Assembly (NCBI GenBank): GCA_964016885.1
Contig: OZ024740.1
Location: 351,168,001 to 351,232,000, forward strand
Source: Eledone cirrhosa
Taxonomy: Eukaryota
Length of the DNA stretch: 64,000 bases
Direction of reading: 5' to 3'
A program made the position numbers and the translations under genes. The notes below the pieces were generated by a model that did no database searches, was not told where the DNA came from, and saw nothing but the letters and a program-made list of their open reading frames with translations. Shown one piece after another: positions 26,802-43,295 of the stretch; the stretch's first letter is position 1; every line of letters starts with the position of its first letter.

Positions 26802-28928
26802 GTATATGTATATAATATATATATACACGTATATACACGTATATGAACTAACATTTACCCACCTGGAGAATGGTCTTTATGTTTCTTCAGTTATGTGCTG
26901 TTGAGCTACACAACAGGATGACCTAAGTTTTCTGTTTCATGGCAGTTAAAATTAAAACACACAACACACCCGGCGAAAAATTGAAGTTCCATCACTATTG
27001 TATGGCTTCCCAGCTTTTGGAATTATCTTTCAAATCTTATAGGATGCAAGTAAACTGGTGACTTCTTGAAATCCTTTCTTAAACATGTCATTTTTATGTT
27101 TGCCTTGCTTGGAAATCGTTACCTAGTTTAAGTTCTTTTAGGTTATGCATTTCATGTTATTGTGTTTTTCTCCAGATGATTTCATAACTTATATGATCGC
27201 ATTTTTCCATCTGAAAATACTGCCATACATATCAGACACGTTATCTAATGATAAAAAAATGTACGCTAGATATTGAATGAAATAATAACAAGATTTTTTA
27301 ATCACACTTGTCATAGGTAATATGTAATTAAACATAACTCAAGCTCACTTAAAGATATCCAATGATAATATTTTAGTATCTATACTATTATTTACAAAGA
27401 ATAAATCTAATTAAGCAAAACACACACACGTTTATATATATATATATAATTAATTAATGAAAGCTGAACATTGTCACATTTTTTCTTAAACCCCCTTGAT
27501 AGCCATATTATTTCCATCATATCAGTCTTAAATGTTTTTAATTTACAGAAGAGAATTTCTACAGTCTCTGATTGCAGATGTTTCGATATAGCTTATTGTA
27601 TTACTATTGAGACATAACATCGTAGAAAGTGTTATTAACTGTCAATAAGCCATATATCCTGAGATAATAAATGACATTTTTTATTTCATAGTTATATAAC
27701 TCGTTAAAGTATTGTCCAATTATATGTATATTTCTGGGTATTGGAAGTAATTTATCGATCGAGACACGTGCACATACTTCCACGGGATTATTTTAGTTTT
27801 AGTGTCTAGATAATACATAGTAGTAAACTATTATAATATTCAATATTTACACTATTTAGATTATCATATAAAATGAAATATGAAGATTATGACAAGGTGA
27901 TATATGACTAGAGTTACATATGTGTATGGCCCATACAAAGCGTGCTTTACCCACCAACCACTGAGACTATTTAACCCGCATTTGAGAAGCACTGGTCTAG
28001 ATAACAGAAATCATTGACAATATGCTAGGGAATTGCAGAACCATCTTTGTGTGTAAACAATGAACTTTCAATAAAAGATGTTATGCTGCTGTAATAAATT
28101 TTGGAAATTTATTGATGGCTATATTCCAGCGGTAGACAGGTGGTTGTTAAACATATTATGACAACCAGCTAAGAACAGAGCGTGTACAAACTAACACATG
28201 ATTGTTCCACCTGATAAAAATAGCAGTAAATCTCCCTCAAATTACAACTTATCATCAAAAATATTTGAAACATGATCACGATGCGCTATAACTGAAACCG
28301 AAAGAGAAGGTGGTCACTATTGAAACACTAGTCTACTTTAACAGATCTGATCTGGTGCTAAACAACAGCAATATAACGACAAGAAATACTGAAGAACAAA
28401 TGTGCTAAACGTGTTTTGTTATGTTTTTCTATTTGTATATTCTCCATTTTTTCCTTGATTTTCCTGGAAATGGCCCAAGGAATATGCTAAAAATTACATT
28501 TATCCGCTATGAATGGAAACAAGCGGAATATGGAGACAAAGGGGAAAGAGAGGAAGACAGAAATGGAGAGAGAGAAACAAAGAAAGAGACCTTCATAGGA
28601 ACAAAGAATGTAAGAGAGTGTGTGGGAGAGACAAAGAAGTAGTGATATACAGAAACACTGTGAGAGCTAGGAAGAGAAAGCTATACACAGAACTATAGAG
28701 AGAGAAATATGGAAGAAAAGGGAAAATGAAAGTGATAGAGAGTGTGAGAATGAGTGAAAGAGAGAGAAACTACATTACAACAAATGGAGTAGTAAACAAT
28801 AGGCAATATATTGCTTCACAAATAATTGGTGGTCGTTAACAATAAATCGGTAATTCATTTAAACAGACGTTTATCTCAAGATTAAATCATTACAGTGTTT
28901 TTGTTGTTTGCTTGTTTTTGTTCTTTTC

Positions 28929-28973
<45 letters not shown>

Positions 28974-28977
28974 GCAC

Positions 28978-29029
<52 letters not shown>

Positions 29030-29155
29030 GCACATATATATATATATATATACACATACACACACACACACACATATATATGTACATACATATATATATA
29101 TTTACATATATATTTATTAAAATAACATTTATTATTATTACCATTATTATTATTA

Positions 29156-29215
<60 letters not shown>

Positions 29216-29302
29216 TATATGTATATATATATTTATATACACACACACACATATATATGTATGCTTATATGTGTGTGTGTGTGTATATGTATGTATGTAT
29301 GC

Positions 29303-29342
<40 letters not shown>

Positions 29343-30835
29343 GTATGCGTATATATTTGTAAAAATAAAATTATTTGTTCGTGCTTTAGCAATCTCGATA
29401 AATTTGTTATGCCATTCGTACGATAGAACATTTCAGATTTCTAAGGAAGAAATCATGACGTCAATGACACTTTCAAGGAAATCATGGTTAAAATAAAGCA
29501 AAGAAATTTTCAATTGAAAACGAAACTGTGTCGTAGAGTTATCTAGCAAGGAGTTTCTTTCTCTATTTTCGAAACTTGAATATTGAAAATAACCATATCA
29601 TCAAAACAAACATCCGTGGAATAATGTTCTTTGTTTGTTTATTTTGTATTGTTTTGTTTGTTTTTTCAACTTTAAAAATTTGTTGTGGTGATTGATTCCC
29701 AAACTTGCTGATTCCTTTAAAACAAGGGGGGGGGGGGGGGGGGGTTGTTATCATAGAGATAGTATATGTGTCAAAACCTACACTATCTCTCTAAAAGATT
29801 TATGTAGTACAGCGTTTAAAACCAGCATGGCAAATTTAATAGATATTCATTAATTATACAATAAGAGGCCTAGGCCACTGAAACTGCTTGAAATAGCAGA
29901 TATATATACTTCAAATTATATACTTGCACCTTCAAAAATGAAGGGCATATTTGATTCATTAATCCATCAAGCCCGAAACGAATGCCAAGTCCAGGCTGGA
30001 AGACTTTTCATCATATGCCTGCATGAAGAATGGCTTATAGGTAAACAACAACAAAAAAAGAATAAAAGCGGGTAAGTGTGATACAGCTGATTCATCGATA
30101 TTTGCCATGTGAACACCCTCAAAACGTCGTTTTTATAGTGGCTTATTCGGAAGAGGAAAAGCAGCGCTTATGGCCTTTCCTGGAAGGTAAAGAAGGAAAA
30201 TGTTCTTAGGCTGGAAACCTAGCTCGTATACTTGTAACGAAATACTTAACCATACGGGTATATCTGAGTCCTAGTAATTTATACCCTACCCATGCGCTGC
30301 GTTATATATTTCATTCTTCTACCAGGACAGCAGCGGTGTTCTTTGGAACGAATTAGCTGTATACCTACTTTTCCCTTCTCTTCAACACTTTTCAGTATCA
30401 TTTTCGAAACTCTATATTAAGTACTGTACGCAGTTATTACTCACCAATGCGTCAACTCTTATCCCGTTCATGTTTTTCTTCCAGTCATCAAATTCCAGAT
30501 ATTCAAACTGAACATCAGCCGTATTGACTTCACCAGTACGGGAAGGTCTTTACACAGCATAAATATTGCTCTTTTTGTTTTCGTTTTTTTTTTTCCTCTC
30601 TTCGGGCTAAGTAATATAGAAAATAGACGCAATCTTTCTACATCTAGCGAGACATAACTACAGTAAAAATAAAGCCTGAAGACAAATAACATATCTTATA
30701 ACTAGAAATATACGTGCGTTGCCGAGAAGTGATAAATCCATGAAAGCTGTATCTGCGATTCATTTTCAATCAGTTTGTGGTTGTGCCATTTCATTGTGCT
30801 CGCTTCTCATATCTTCCCCTTAAGTTAGGATTGGT

Positions 30836-30897
<62 letters not shown>

Positions 30898-31224
30898 CCC
30901 TCTCTCTCTCTCCCTCTCTCTATCTCTCAATATTGACTCTGTAAGACTAAAGCGCTATCTGATTTAATGCTAATACATTGGATTCGGACCAGAAGCTCTA
31001 CATCCATATTTTACTAGATAGCCAGACAAGGCATCAGCTATGCAAATCTCGTCAGTGGTTTCTAAAACCCCTCGTCAAGAGGGATTTTAGAAACCATGGA
31101 AACTAGTCTTCCCCTAATGACTAACAAACCAATCTTCTCCAATGTTACATTTATTCTAATTTTTGAGGAACATTGAATATGTGATAAGAAAAACCACATT
31201 TGCAAGAACACTTTCTTTTCGACC

Positions 31225-32495
31225 ACATGTTTCTGAGGGTGTCGTGGGAGCAGAGTCCTCAAATACTCCTTCCAGCGGGTCCTTTCAAAAGCAACTGTTT
31301 CCACCCGATCCAACTGGATCCACAAGCCAAACTCATGGATATTATCAAACCATCTTGCTCGGGTTCTACACCTGAGTCTCCTGCCGGTTAGTTTTGCCCG
31401 TAAAATCTGTCTAGCGATTCTTTTCAGAGACATTCTAACCACATGCCTATACTATCGGAGCTGTAATCTCCCAATTCGGAGTAGTAGCGGCTCTACTTAG
31501 AGTGACTCGATGATCTCTGAGCTACGTGCTCCCTCGAGTAACGTAATTCCAATGACCCTCCTGCAATTCTTGCACTTAACTTAATTCAGCCACCTGCTTT
31601 CCATTACTCGTGAACACGGTCCCGGAATACTTGAATTTCTCTACCTGCATCAGTGGACCTCCATTCACATGCAGAGTGTACTGCGAGGGGTCCTTGGGGG
31701 GGGGGGGGGGGCGAGTGTCTCAGTTTTTGCAGCACTGACTTTCATTCCAGCCATTCAGCACTCGGCATCAAACCTATCAAGTGCAAGTCGGAGATCACCT
31801 TGTGCAGTTGTGATCGGGTTTAGGAGATCAGAAATGTATCTGTACTGGATGTTCGTGGTAAGAGAGGGACTAAGCTGTCAACTGATCACCATCTAGTTAT
31901 CTGCAACTTGACACCACCTAAAACAAAAGAAGCCCACAAAACTGGCAGGTCCAGGGCGACCTACAAGATAAAGTGGGAAGCGTTGGTGGATAAGGAAGTC
32001 AGGACCAGGTATGCAAATACTATTGCATCCAAATTCAGAGAACTCCCTGAGCAAACTGAGGGCGTTAAGAAAGAAAAGGGATTGTTCAGCTCAACAGTTT
32101 CTGCTTCTACTCTTAAATGTTGCGAGCAAAAGAGGCTTGGTGTGGCGCCAGATGACAGGAGGACGCCTTGGTTCAACCAAGAGGTCAAAGATGCCATCTG
32201 AGCAAAGAAAGAGACCTGCAAAGCTTGGCTTGGAAATGAGTCCTCCTTCTTGCACTCGCAGTTCAAGCAGGCAGAAAGAATCGCAGCAGAGCCAGTAAAG
32301 GGGTTCTAAGTTAAGACGTGAGAGGACTTTCGGGTTAAGCTGGAATCTGACTTTAGATTAATAAATAAAATGTTCTGGCAGACTATCAGCCGGCTTTGTA
32401 ATAAGAAATCATCTTCACACTTGCTATCAAGGACGCATCTGGCGTTCTCCGCTCTTCAGACAGGTGCATCTTTGCGAGGTGGAGAACATTTTCGA
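31225..32495. mobile_element. RTE-clade LINE fragments in opposite orientation
   Basis: 31225-31800 minus: late RT and C-terminus (QVEKFKYSG, VVRMSLKRIARQILRAKLTGRR); 31805-32495 plus: endonuclease end and linker (LSTDHHLVICNL, YKIKWEAL, TPWFNQEVKDAI). Confidence 0.8.
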
Positions 32496-32519
32496 GAACA
32501 TGTCATATTTATTAATAAT

Positions 32520-32710
32520 AATAATTGTTTCTATTTTAGGCACAAGGCCAGCAATTACCCAGTACATTACTGGTACTTTATTTTATCGACCCCGTAAGGA
32601 TGAAAGGCAAAGTTAACCTCGGCGGGATTTGAACTCAGATCATAAAGGGACGTAACTCTATGCTTCAAAGCATGGTGTCCGCTTCTCTACCGAGACTGCC
32701 TATCCACCGG
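32520..32710 (-). mobile_element. tRNA-derived SINE (Meta/MESC-like)
   Basis: Reverse complement of the 23456-23643 type, with a (TAA)n tail. Confidence 0.88.
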
Positions 32711-33942
32711 TCATTGTTATTATTAATAATAATAATGAGGAATATTATGATAGGGCAATGAATTAGTAGAATCATTAAAGCGTTGAAGTAAATGCTGTGT
32801 GATATTATCCGTCTCATTATGTTCAGAGTTCATACCCTACCGATCGATAAAATAAAGTACAATATAGTTGATTTACTGGACTATGCTCCCCCACCAACAT
32901 CACCTAAAATTCCAGCCATGTACCTTATGCAAGCATTATTATGATTTTTATTAAAATACTGTTTATAGAATTAATATAGCTAGTAACTTGTAGTTTTATG
33001 TTTTACTAGATGTTATAATATTTAATAAACAACATATGGCCAGTTAAAATTGAAATAATTTAGTAAGCATTTAGAGATAATTCATTAATTATATTTAAAA
33101 TGTCAACTTAAAATTTAATTTCAAATTATTATTAGATGGCAATTATATGTGGATACTATGTTAATCACAGATATTATGTTAATTTTTATTTTATATTGAT
33201 TATGATTATGAGGTTAATACAATCACTAATTAAAACCATTTCGAAAAAAATGATTATTATTATTAAAAGAAATTTGCTTAATCACCTAGTAGCAGAAATG
33301 TCAGAGCGCCAGGATTTGAGGGAGATTTCTCTGCTATTAATAGCTGGAAAAGTGACCATGTGAAAACTCCCTGATTTCTTTACGCTCTGACTTCAAATCC
33401 CGCTGAAGCCGACTTTACCTTCCAAGTTTCTGAGATTGACTAAATAAATACCAGTCAAATGTTGGATGTGAGGATTAAATCAACTGCTACAAACTAAATT
33501 GGTGTCATTCTCCGAATGTAAGAAGTGGTTATTATCATTTAAATCTGAGAATTGCTACAGTAAAGTAGAAGATAAGTTTTGTGTGCCGAATACACAACCG
33601 AATTCCAGTGCCATAATGAAGCAATTTCACATCGCATATATATTTAAAGCCGTTAAAAATACTGAAGAATATTACTTATCTTTTCCATCAATTCTTTTTG
33701 TTTTTAATAGCATAAATTTAATTCTTCCTACACAAACCAACAAGAAACCACTTCAATGTGCTTTTCTTGAAATACTATAGAAGAACATTTAAGCGTATAT
33801 ATTTCCTTTCATTAGCGATTATTTCATTCGCTCACCAGAAAGTAAAATCACCTACGCACCTATATACGAAGTATATTTTCACTTTGCTACTGAGAGATAT
33901 GAAAAACTCAGCTCTGTCTCCCTCTCTCTGTATATACATATA

Positions 33943-33973
<31 letters not shown>

Positions 33974-34050
33974 ATATATATATATTTGTGTGTGTATGAG
34001 TGTATGTGAGTGTTATCGAGGAAAAATACCACATGTGAACAATACAGTAC

Positions 34051-34236
34051 AATAATTGTTTCTACTTTAGGCACAAGGCCAGCAATTACCCAGTGCATTA
34101 CTGGTACTTTATTTTATCTACCCCGTAAGGATGAAAGGCAAAGTCAACCTCGGCGGGATTTGAACTCAGATCGTAAAGGGACGTAACTATGCTGGAAAGC
34201 ATGGTGTCTGACCCTCCACCGATACTGCCAATCCAA
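34051..34236 (-). mobile_element. tRNA-derived SINE (Meta/MESC-like)
   Basis: Reverse complement of the 23456-23643 type. Confidence 0.88.
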
Positions 34237-34453
34237 TGACAATATTTTATATAGTAGGAAAAGTAGTGTCTAAACATTTCGGACGCTACCATTGCACTTC
34301 TAATGGAAGTAAGAATAGAATGAGAGATAGAAGAAAATATGGAAGAAACGGAAATTTTTTTTTTACAGGAGAAAATCACGTGTGTTTAGTTAGCCATCTT
34401 GAAGAACATGTATATTATATATTTATATATATATATATGTGTGTATGTATGTG

Positions 34454-34517
<64 letters not shown>

Positions 34518-35319
34518 GAGAGAGGGGAGAGAGGGGGGATTATAAATAATATTTAACATAAAGTATAGCTGGGTGGGATGTTATGTTCTATGCAGATATG
34601 TAAAACTGTTGAATGTGTTGGCGGAGAGATCACTTGTATAGGGTTAGTGGCAGCTGACTGCAGCTCTCTGATCTCGTGATGCTACATACATTGAAGATGT
34701 CTTTGTGATCATTGAAAGTATACAATAAAATAAATTAGAAAAAGGGGGAAAATGACGGCTGATGTAATCGAGGGGGGGGGGACCAACCAGAAAAATGAAT
34801 AATACAGAAATAGCAAAAAATATAAACATTTAATTAACATAGGATTAAGAGGAGTAGTATAGCAGGGAGTGTGGGTAAATGTAAGATTGAGGAATCATTA
34901 ATAATCAGATGCTTAACATAAGGTATATCTTTGTGGCCTGGCTATGAGGAAAGGAAAATAGATGACATTTAAGAGGCGTGTCGTTGCATAGGTGAATAAT
35001 AGCTTTCGCGATGATATTAATATTTTCATTTTCTAGGTACTTTAATTAACACTGGAGGACATTTAATAGTCAGGGGAAGTAAGGAAAGGCTTGAAGAAGC
35101 ACAAGGAGCTGTTGCCTTGAGAATGTCAGCTGGTTATAGCTCCCTGTTCTAGTAGTGGTGCTCTGAAATACAGCACAAATTTTGAAAGTTTTGAAAGTCT
35201 TGTTTTTGGTGATTAAATAAGCATTTGGCCTAAGTGGGTCCTTCAAAATATGCTACGTTTCTGCACTGAAGTCCCCACATATTTGTGTTGTATTTATAAA
35301 AGTAGGTTCAATGTGTCAC

Positions 35320-35360
35320 AGCGACCATTGGTTCCATCCTGGTCTAGAAATCTTCAGACT
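35320..35360 (-). ncRNA. Hammerhead-like motif with GGAA in place of GAAA
   Basis: Minus strand: agt CTGAAGA t ttct-agacc-agga t GGAA cca-a-tgg TC gct. Confidence 0.55.
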
Positions 35361-36739
35361 AAACATCGAATGAATTGAAATTATATAGAATTTCAATAGT
35401 AAGCGAGTTGGTTGTGTGTGATGGGGCCTGAGGATTAATGATTTCGTTAGTAATTTACTTTTACTTATATATTCATCATACTTTTTGATGTAATTTACTG
35501 GGTTAGTGTATCTGTTATAGGCGTGTGTGTGTGTGCGTGTTTGCATTTGCGATTTTTTTTTTTTTTTGTACAAGAATAGAAAATGATAAGGCTTAAGTGT
35601 GGCAGGTGTGAGACGGGGTGTGTATGTGTGTGTGAGAGAGAGAGAGTGAGTGTGCGTATATGTGTTGGCATAGCTAATTGTCTGAGAGGGTACACATGTG
35701 CGTCTGTGTTAATATAGCTGTTTGTGGGTGAAGGAAGTGCATATCTGAGTGTTAGTGAGTGTGTGTCAAATTATTCGTATAGCTGATTGTGTGTCAGATT
35801 CAGAGCATGTGCATGTGAGTGTGTGAGTCATGTGTGTACGTGCGTGCATGTATGCGTGTATGTATAGGAGTGAGTGTGTATCTATGTGTTAGTCTAGCTG
35901 ATTTTCTGCGATGGTAAGTGCATATTACAATGTGAGTGTGTGTCTATGTGTTAGTATAGGTGATTGTATGTAAGGTTCAGAGCGAGTGCGTGTGAATGTA
36001 TGAGCATGTGTGAGAGCTTGTATGATTGCGTGCGTATGTATGTGTGCACGCGGATGTATGTGTGTGCTTGCGTTTGGTAGGCCAGACCTGTTAAACAATA
36101 GAACGAAGAAAAATGAAATCTTCTGCTTGAGACCATTAGGAACCTAAAATCCAATATGACAAATTACTTGTATCAAAAGTCATTGCCCTATTAGCTACAG
36201 ATACCATTCACAGCAGCCACATTGCTGGCAAATATTTAACTAAAGCTCAAATATCATTATTTGGTTGAGATGGACAATAAATGATGACCAGTAACTGAAT
36301 GAGGAAGGGAAATATGGTATGAATACATGTTGTAAGAGAGAATGTGAGAGCATTATGGGAATGCAGTAAATGAGGAGGGTTGTGGTGAGTATGAACAGAT
36401 ATGAATTTGTGTTTACACGTGAAGTAGGAGGTGGGGTAGTAAGAAGTTGGCTAAGTGGAGATATATTTTACATGTGTGCAGTGGGATGTAAAAGATGTTG
36501 TTTCGTTGAATATGTGTGTATGCATGTGTATGCGTGTGTATGCGCGCGTGTGTAGAATTCCACATGACTGTAGGAAGAGATTGGACATGCTGAATGAACG
36601 AAGAGGTCGTGTGTACTATTATTATATTCACAAATATGAAAAACAGGCCGGTACATAAATTTGTAAAATCGAGAAGAAAAACGTATGTCAGTGTGTATGT
36701 TGGATCTCCATCGTTTCCAACGACGATTGTTGTATCTAT

Positions 36740-36935
36740 TTGATTATCCTGCTTCTGAAAGTATCGTGTAAATAGCTGAGCATTCTACATACACAAGGAA
36801 ACAATATACGACAAGACTGGCTCTTTGAATTATATGTATAACAGAGTAGACTGAAGCATAATGAAATAAAGTGTGTTACTCAAGGATACATCGAACCGCT
36901 TGGAATCGAACACATGATTTTACAATCGTATGCCA
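36740..36935 (-). mobile_element. Degenerate tRNA-derived CORE-like SINE
   Basis: Similar to 5660-5880; B box gttcgattcc on the minus strand. Confidence 0.65.
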
Positions 36936-36961
36936 TAGATTGAAAAAATATGAACATTTGA

Positions 36962-37545
36962 AAGAAGAAGAAGAAGAAGAAGAAGAAGAAGAAGAAGAAG
37001 AAGAAGAAGAAGAAGAAGAAGAAGAAGAAGAAGAAGAAGAAGAAGAAGAAGAAGAAGAAGAAGAAGAAGAAGAAGAAGAAGAAGAAGAAGAAGAAGAAGA
37101 AGAAGAAGAAGAAGAAGAAGAAGAAGAAGAAGAAGAAGAAGAAGAAGAAGAAGAAGCAGCAGCAGCAGCAGCAGCAGCTTGTATTTGATTAGTAGCAGAA
37201 GTGTTTATATTGGTATTGAGAAATTGGATCTAAGGAGATTAGATATTTGATAGGTGGTAGCTGTGATGAAGATTATCCTGGTGGTGGCGGCTTTGGTTAT
37301 TATTATGGTGGTGGTGGTGGTGGTGGTGGTTACAGGGGTGGCGTTGGTGGAGAGTGTGATGATGGTGGTGGTGGTGGTGGCAGTGGGGGTTGCGTTGGTC
37401 GGAATGATTGTGGTGGTGATCACAACGTCTGCAGCAGGGGAAGTGGTGGCGGTGGGTGTCGAGGTGGTGGTGGCGGTGGGGATGGTGATTGTGGTGGTGA
37501 TTGTGATGGGGGTGAGGGTGGCGCTGATGGTTGTGGTGCAGAACC
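36962..37545. repeat. (GAA)n, (GCA)n and degenerate (GGT)n tracts
   Basis: Directly visible. Confidence 0.95.
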
Positions 37546-38039
37546 AGATTGGAAATTTAATAAAAATGCGAGGCATACAGAGAGAGAGAGAGAGGAGGGG
37601 GGGGGGGGGAATTAGGAAAAAAAAAGAAAGAATAAAAGAAAGAAAAAAAGAAAGAAAGAAACGGAGAATAGCAGAAAGAATGAAAGAAAAAAAAAGAAAG
37701 AAAGAAAGAAGGAAAGAAATGTTGTACATATGCATTGTAGTGTTATCGCTTTCTATTTGCCTCTGTTTCCGCATCCGGCGACTTGGTTGGCCAATTCTCC
37801 GTGCAAGTGAAACCATGAAGTTATCTACGTACAAGTGTACCTTGTAGCCATACACTCACACGAAACATACAAACGCTCACGTACACACACTAGTACACAT
37901 ACATACACATACACACATGTGCATGTACACACGTGTGTATGTACACATACACTGCATCTCTCTTTCCCTTCCTCTCTGTCTCCGCCTTTCTCGCTCTCTC
38001 TAATTATTATTTTTGATTCCCATTTGTACGTTACAATCA

Positions 38040-38156
<117 letters not shown>

Positions 38157-38205
38157 CGTGCGTGCGTGTGTGTAAGTGTATGTGTGTGTATGTATGTATA
38201 TTACT

Positions 38206-38252
<47 letters not shown>

Positions 38253-38867
38253 TATGTGTACATATACACATACATACAGACATTCCTATATACACACACA
38301 CATATATATATATATAAGTACATATATATATACATATATGCATACATACAGATATTCATACATACATAAATATATATATATAAGTACATATACACATACA
38401 TATATGCATACATACATACATATCTACATTGCTCCATTCTCTCTCCCTTTCTCTCTCCCTCTCTCCCCCTCTCTCTCTCACACACACACAAACACACAAA
38501 CACACAAACACAGACACAGGCACACTCACTCGCTTATACGCTAGCTTTTCTTCTTTTCATTCACCACTCAACATTTCCTTCGCATTATTACTCACTCACT
38601 GACACACTGTAAATTACATACTCATTCACACTCTCTCATTCCCCTCTCCCTCTCTCTATATTATTCTGTTTCTCTCCGTGTCTCATTTGCGTTCTTAGAG
38701 ATACATCTACCGAAACGTACATTTCTCGCAGACATTTATAAACTCTAAGTAATAATACATATTACATTTCCCCCAAATGTGAATAGCATTATACAAATTG
38801 CACGAAATTAGACCAATATACGTTTGCGCCTCTCTACAAATATTCATGGAAGCCCATCTCGATTAGG

Positions 38868-39013
<146 letters not shown>

Positions 39014-39298
39014 ATATAAAGAGATCGCTATATATAATATAACGATCATGTGACTCTATAATCGCTCATTGAGAGAATTAAAGCTAAAAATTCAAGAAAT
39101 CAGAGCTTCCATACTGACAATATAATAGGAAACCACATATCTAATATTTTGCAGAGAACAATATAATCAGGCTAAAAGCAGATAGACAGAATAAGTATTA
39201 ATCTTACATAGCCTCTTAGTTTTTATAAGGTTTATGCATGCCAGCAAAAATCAACATTCACCGCTGATTAACATCGGTAAACGGTTACTAAATATATA

Positions 39299-39364
<66 letters not shown>

Positions 39365-39574
39365 ACAGAGAGAGAGGGGGGAGAGAGAATGGGGAGAAAG
39401 AGAGAGAGAAAATGAGGAATTGGAAATAGCATGGAAAATATATTTAAGGATCTACTTTTCTTTTTTTTTCTTTGATTCGTCAAAGTCACATTATTGAAAA
39501 AATGAGATGGACAATCCTTTTAAAAAAAGAGTTTTATAACGTATATAAAATATATAAAAATTATATATATATAT

Positions 39575-40200
39575 ACATCGGTCGCAGTTAGAACATCAAT
39601 TGCAAAATTATTCTTTAATGCTTTGGACACCTCTTTCCCTACTCAACATAAGTACCATTCCATTTTTAATAGACACACCATTAAATCCTCGTATTCTACA
39701 ACTATGAACATGGCCCAAAACATTGCCAAATTAAACACTAAAATTCTAAATAAAACCAGCATAATGATCTTAATAATAGTGTTAACATAAATGATACTAA
39801 ACCAAAATGTAATTGTAGAAATAAAACTGACTGTCCTCTGCAAAATAATTGTCTAGATAGTAATTTGGTTTATAAATGCACCGTAAAAACTGATCACAAC
39901 ACATACATAGGATCGGCTTCTTCTACATTTAAAGCCAGATTTGCGAACCATAAATGCTCATTCTCGAACTCCAAGAGGAAATCATCCACTTCTTTATCAC
40001 AGCTCATATGGTCATTAAAAGAGAGGAATTTAAAATACTCCATTCTTTGGACTAAACTTCGGAATTGTGGAGTTTACCGCAACTCTAGTATATCAAATAA
40101 CTCCGCGCTCTGTACAATGGAGACGCCCTAATTAACAAAAAAAGTGAATTATTTTCTAGTTGCCTTCATAAAGCTACGTCTACATTCTTAGCCTCCCACA
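39575..40200 (+). mobile_element. 5'-truncated PLE, GIY-YIG region (AT-rich 3'UTR probably continues to ~41600)
   Basis: HKYHSIFNRHTIK.SYST, CNCRNKTDCPLQNNCL, VYKC..TYIGSASSTFKARFANHK. Confidence 0.88.
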
Positions 40201-41599
40201 AAACCAGAAAAAAAAGAGAATGAAACACTAAACCATTAAAACTTGGTTTTCAGACGCAAATAACCAACAGAGAAAAACATTAATGGCCTTTAATATTGCA
40301 TTATCTTATAACTATCTATAGAAGAAATAATGCCCGAATGAATGACACTTGTTCAATAACACGCTGACACGTTGATATACATAACATAATTGTTTCTACT
40401 TTATAATATTATTAACTTTGATCCATACCATTATTTCTCTATCTTATTTTCCTATCTAAGTTTTAAATTTTAGTTTAAATATCCAACCTGTTTATTTTTA
40501 ACTGTGAATCATTCATGTATTTACATTTTTTTTTTTTTTTTTAATAATATGTATGTACTTATCTTTTGTAAGTTTTTAAATATACCTACCTTATTTTTCT
40601 CTCCATGATTCAAATATAGAGCAAATATCCAACCTGTAAATTATTACGAACCTTATTTTGAACTTTGAATTATCCATGCATTTATGATTATTTTTCTTAT
40701 ATATATATGTATGTTTTTAACTGTAACACTTTGAAATCTATTATATAAGATTATAATCGTTATCATTTACCTAAGTATACTGTATCACTAATACTTAATA
40801 TATATCTATGTATATCTCTCTGTATCTCTCTATACCTAATTTTTAGATAACTTTTAAATTTTTAGGTTATTATTTATTCTGAACTGTGAATAATTCATGC
40901 ATTTACCCCCCTTTTATATATATGTACCTATTTAACTTTAGCATGTTTGAATCTATTATTTTATATTCGTTATCATTTACCTAAAATATATTGGCTCATT
41001 AATATATCTCTATATACCTAATCGTTATTTAAATATTTCTAACAATAAGTACTTCATAAGCTTTACACTGTTGACATGTTTATAGGTAATCTTCGTTAAA
41101 GATTACATTTAGGAAAATATTCAACAGTGTAAATTTTCCTTTCGCTGGCCAGGTAAATCCTTTAAATTTTATCCTCATAAAATTCAGAAGTTTAGAAATG
41201 TTAACACACTTATAGAATTTATAAAATTAATAAATATAAATAATCAGCAACTTTAAAAAAAAAAAAAAAATCTTGAATCTTCACCCTTAAAAAAACATAA
41301 ATTAAATATTTTGAAACGTAACCGTTTAGCTTTTGGGAAAAAGATCTCTTTCTGCATATATTACTCCCCTTTATCTTTCCCTCTCCTTAAATCATCTTTC
41401 AGCGGCCCTCATTGACTGTTATAATTCATGAGATGTTTTCCTAGATAAACAAAACTTGTCGTATCCTACATTTTAAAATCTCTGTAGCTGTCACATTAAC
41501 CAACGTTTTTCTTACTCACACATTCTCTATTGAATTTATTACGTTTTCGCATTTTTTCATTATTAGAGTATAAATGTGAGTTTTCTCTTAGGTTAATCA

Positions 41600-42785
<1,186 letters not shown>

Positions 42786-42842
42786 TAAACAAATAATGAA
42801 TAAAACAATGAAACAGTTCCTTATATTAAACAAAAAAAGTTC

Positions 42843-42984
42843 ATTATTTAACGATCGTTTCTAGGATTTATATGTGTTAGAATTGGCATGCATATTCAAC
42901 AGATCTATGTACAAAATTATACAAAATTATACAAACTATCAAGATTAAATATACATACCAACACATATATACGCCGTCTTCAGA

Positions 42985-42990
<6 letters not shown>
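42843..42990 (-). ncRNA. Hammerhead with >100-nt stem II
   Basis: Minus strand: attattt CTGAAGA cggcg tatatatgtgttgg...ctaacacatata aatccta GAAA cgatcg TT aaataat. Confidence 0.75.
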
Positions 42991-43021
<31 letters not shown>

Positions 43022-43137
43022 GTAGGAGGTGAGTTTTATTGTAGTACAATAAAGCAATGCAGATATCACATAAGATATGTTGATTTAAAACTGCACTATC
43101 CACAAGTGTTTTTTAGCCTTCATATCATGTTCTCCTG

Positions 43138-43204
43138 TTTTATCTGATGAAAACACAAATATTATTGCATGATGATGTTTGTTTTTGAAATGCGCATAAT
43201 AAAA
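43138..43204 (+). ncRNA. Type I hammerhead ribozyme
   Basis: ttttat CTGATGA aaacacaaatattat-tgcatg-atgatgtttgttttt GAAA tgcgca TA ataaaa. Confidence 0.85.
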
Positions 43205-43234
43205 TACATGGAACTCCTTTAACCATCTTTTGAT

Positions 43235-43295
<61 letters not shown>

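Noticed and set aside
30702-30935. Possible short non-autonomous Helitron (CTAG plus weak hairpin on the minus strand)
   Set aside because: Hairpin too degenerate and no second copy in the window to define the ends
34640-35320. Possible decayed GIY-YIG (YVGTS) on the minus strand
   Set aside because: A single short motif with no supporting frame; more likely PLE UTR sequence
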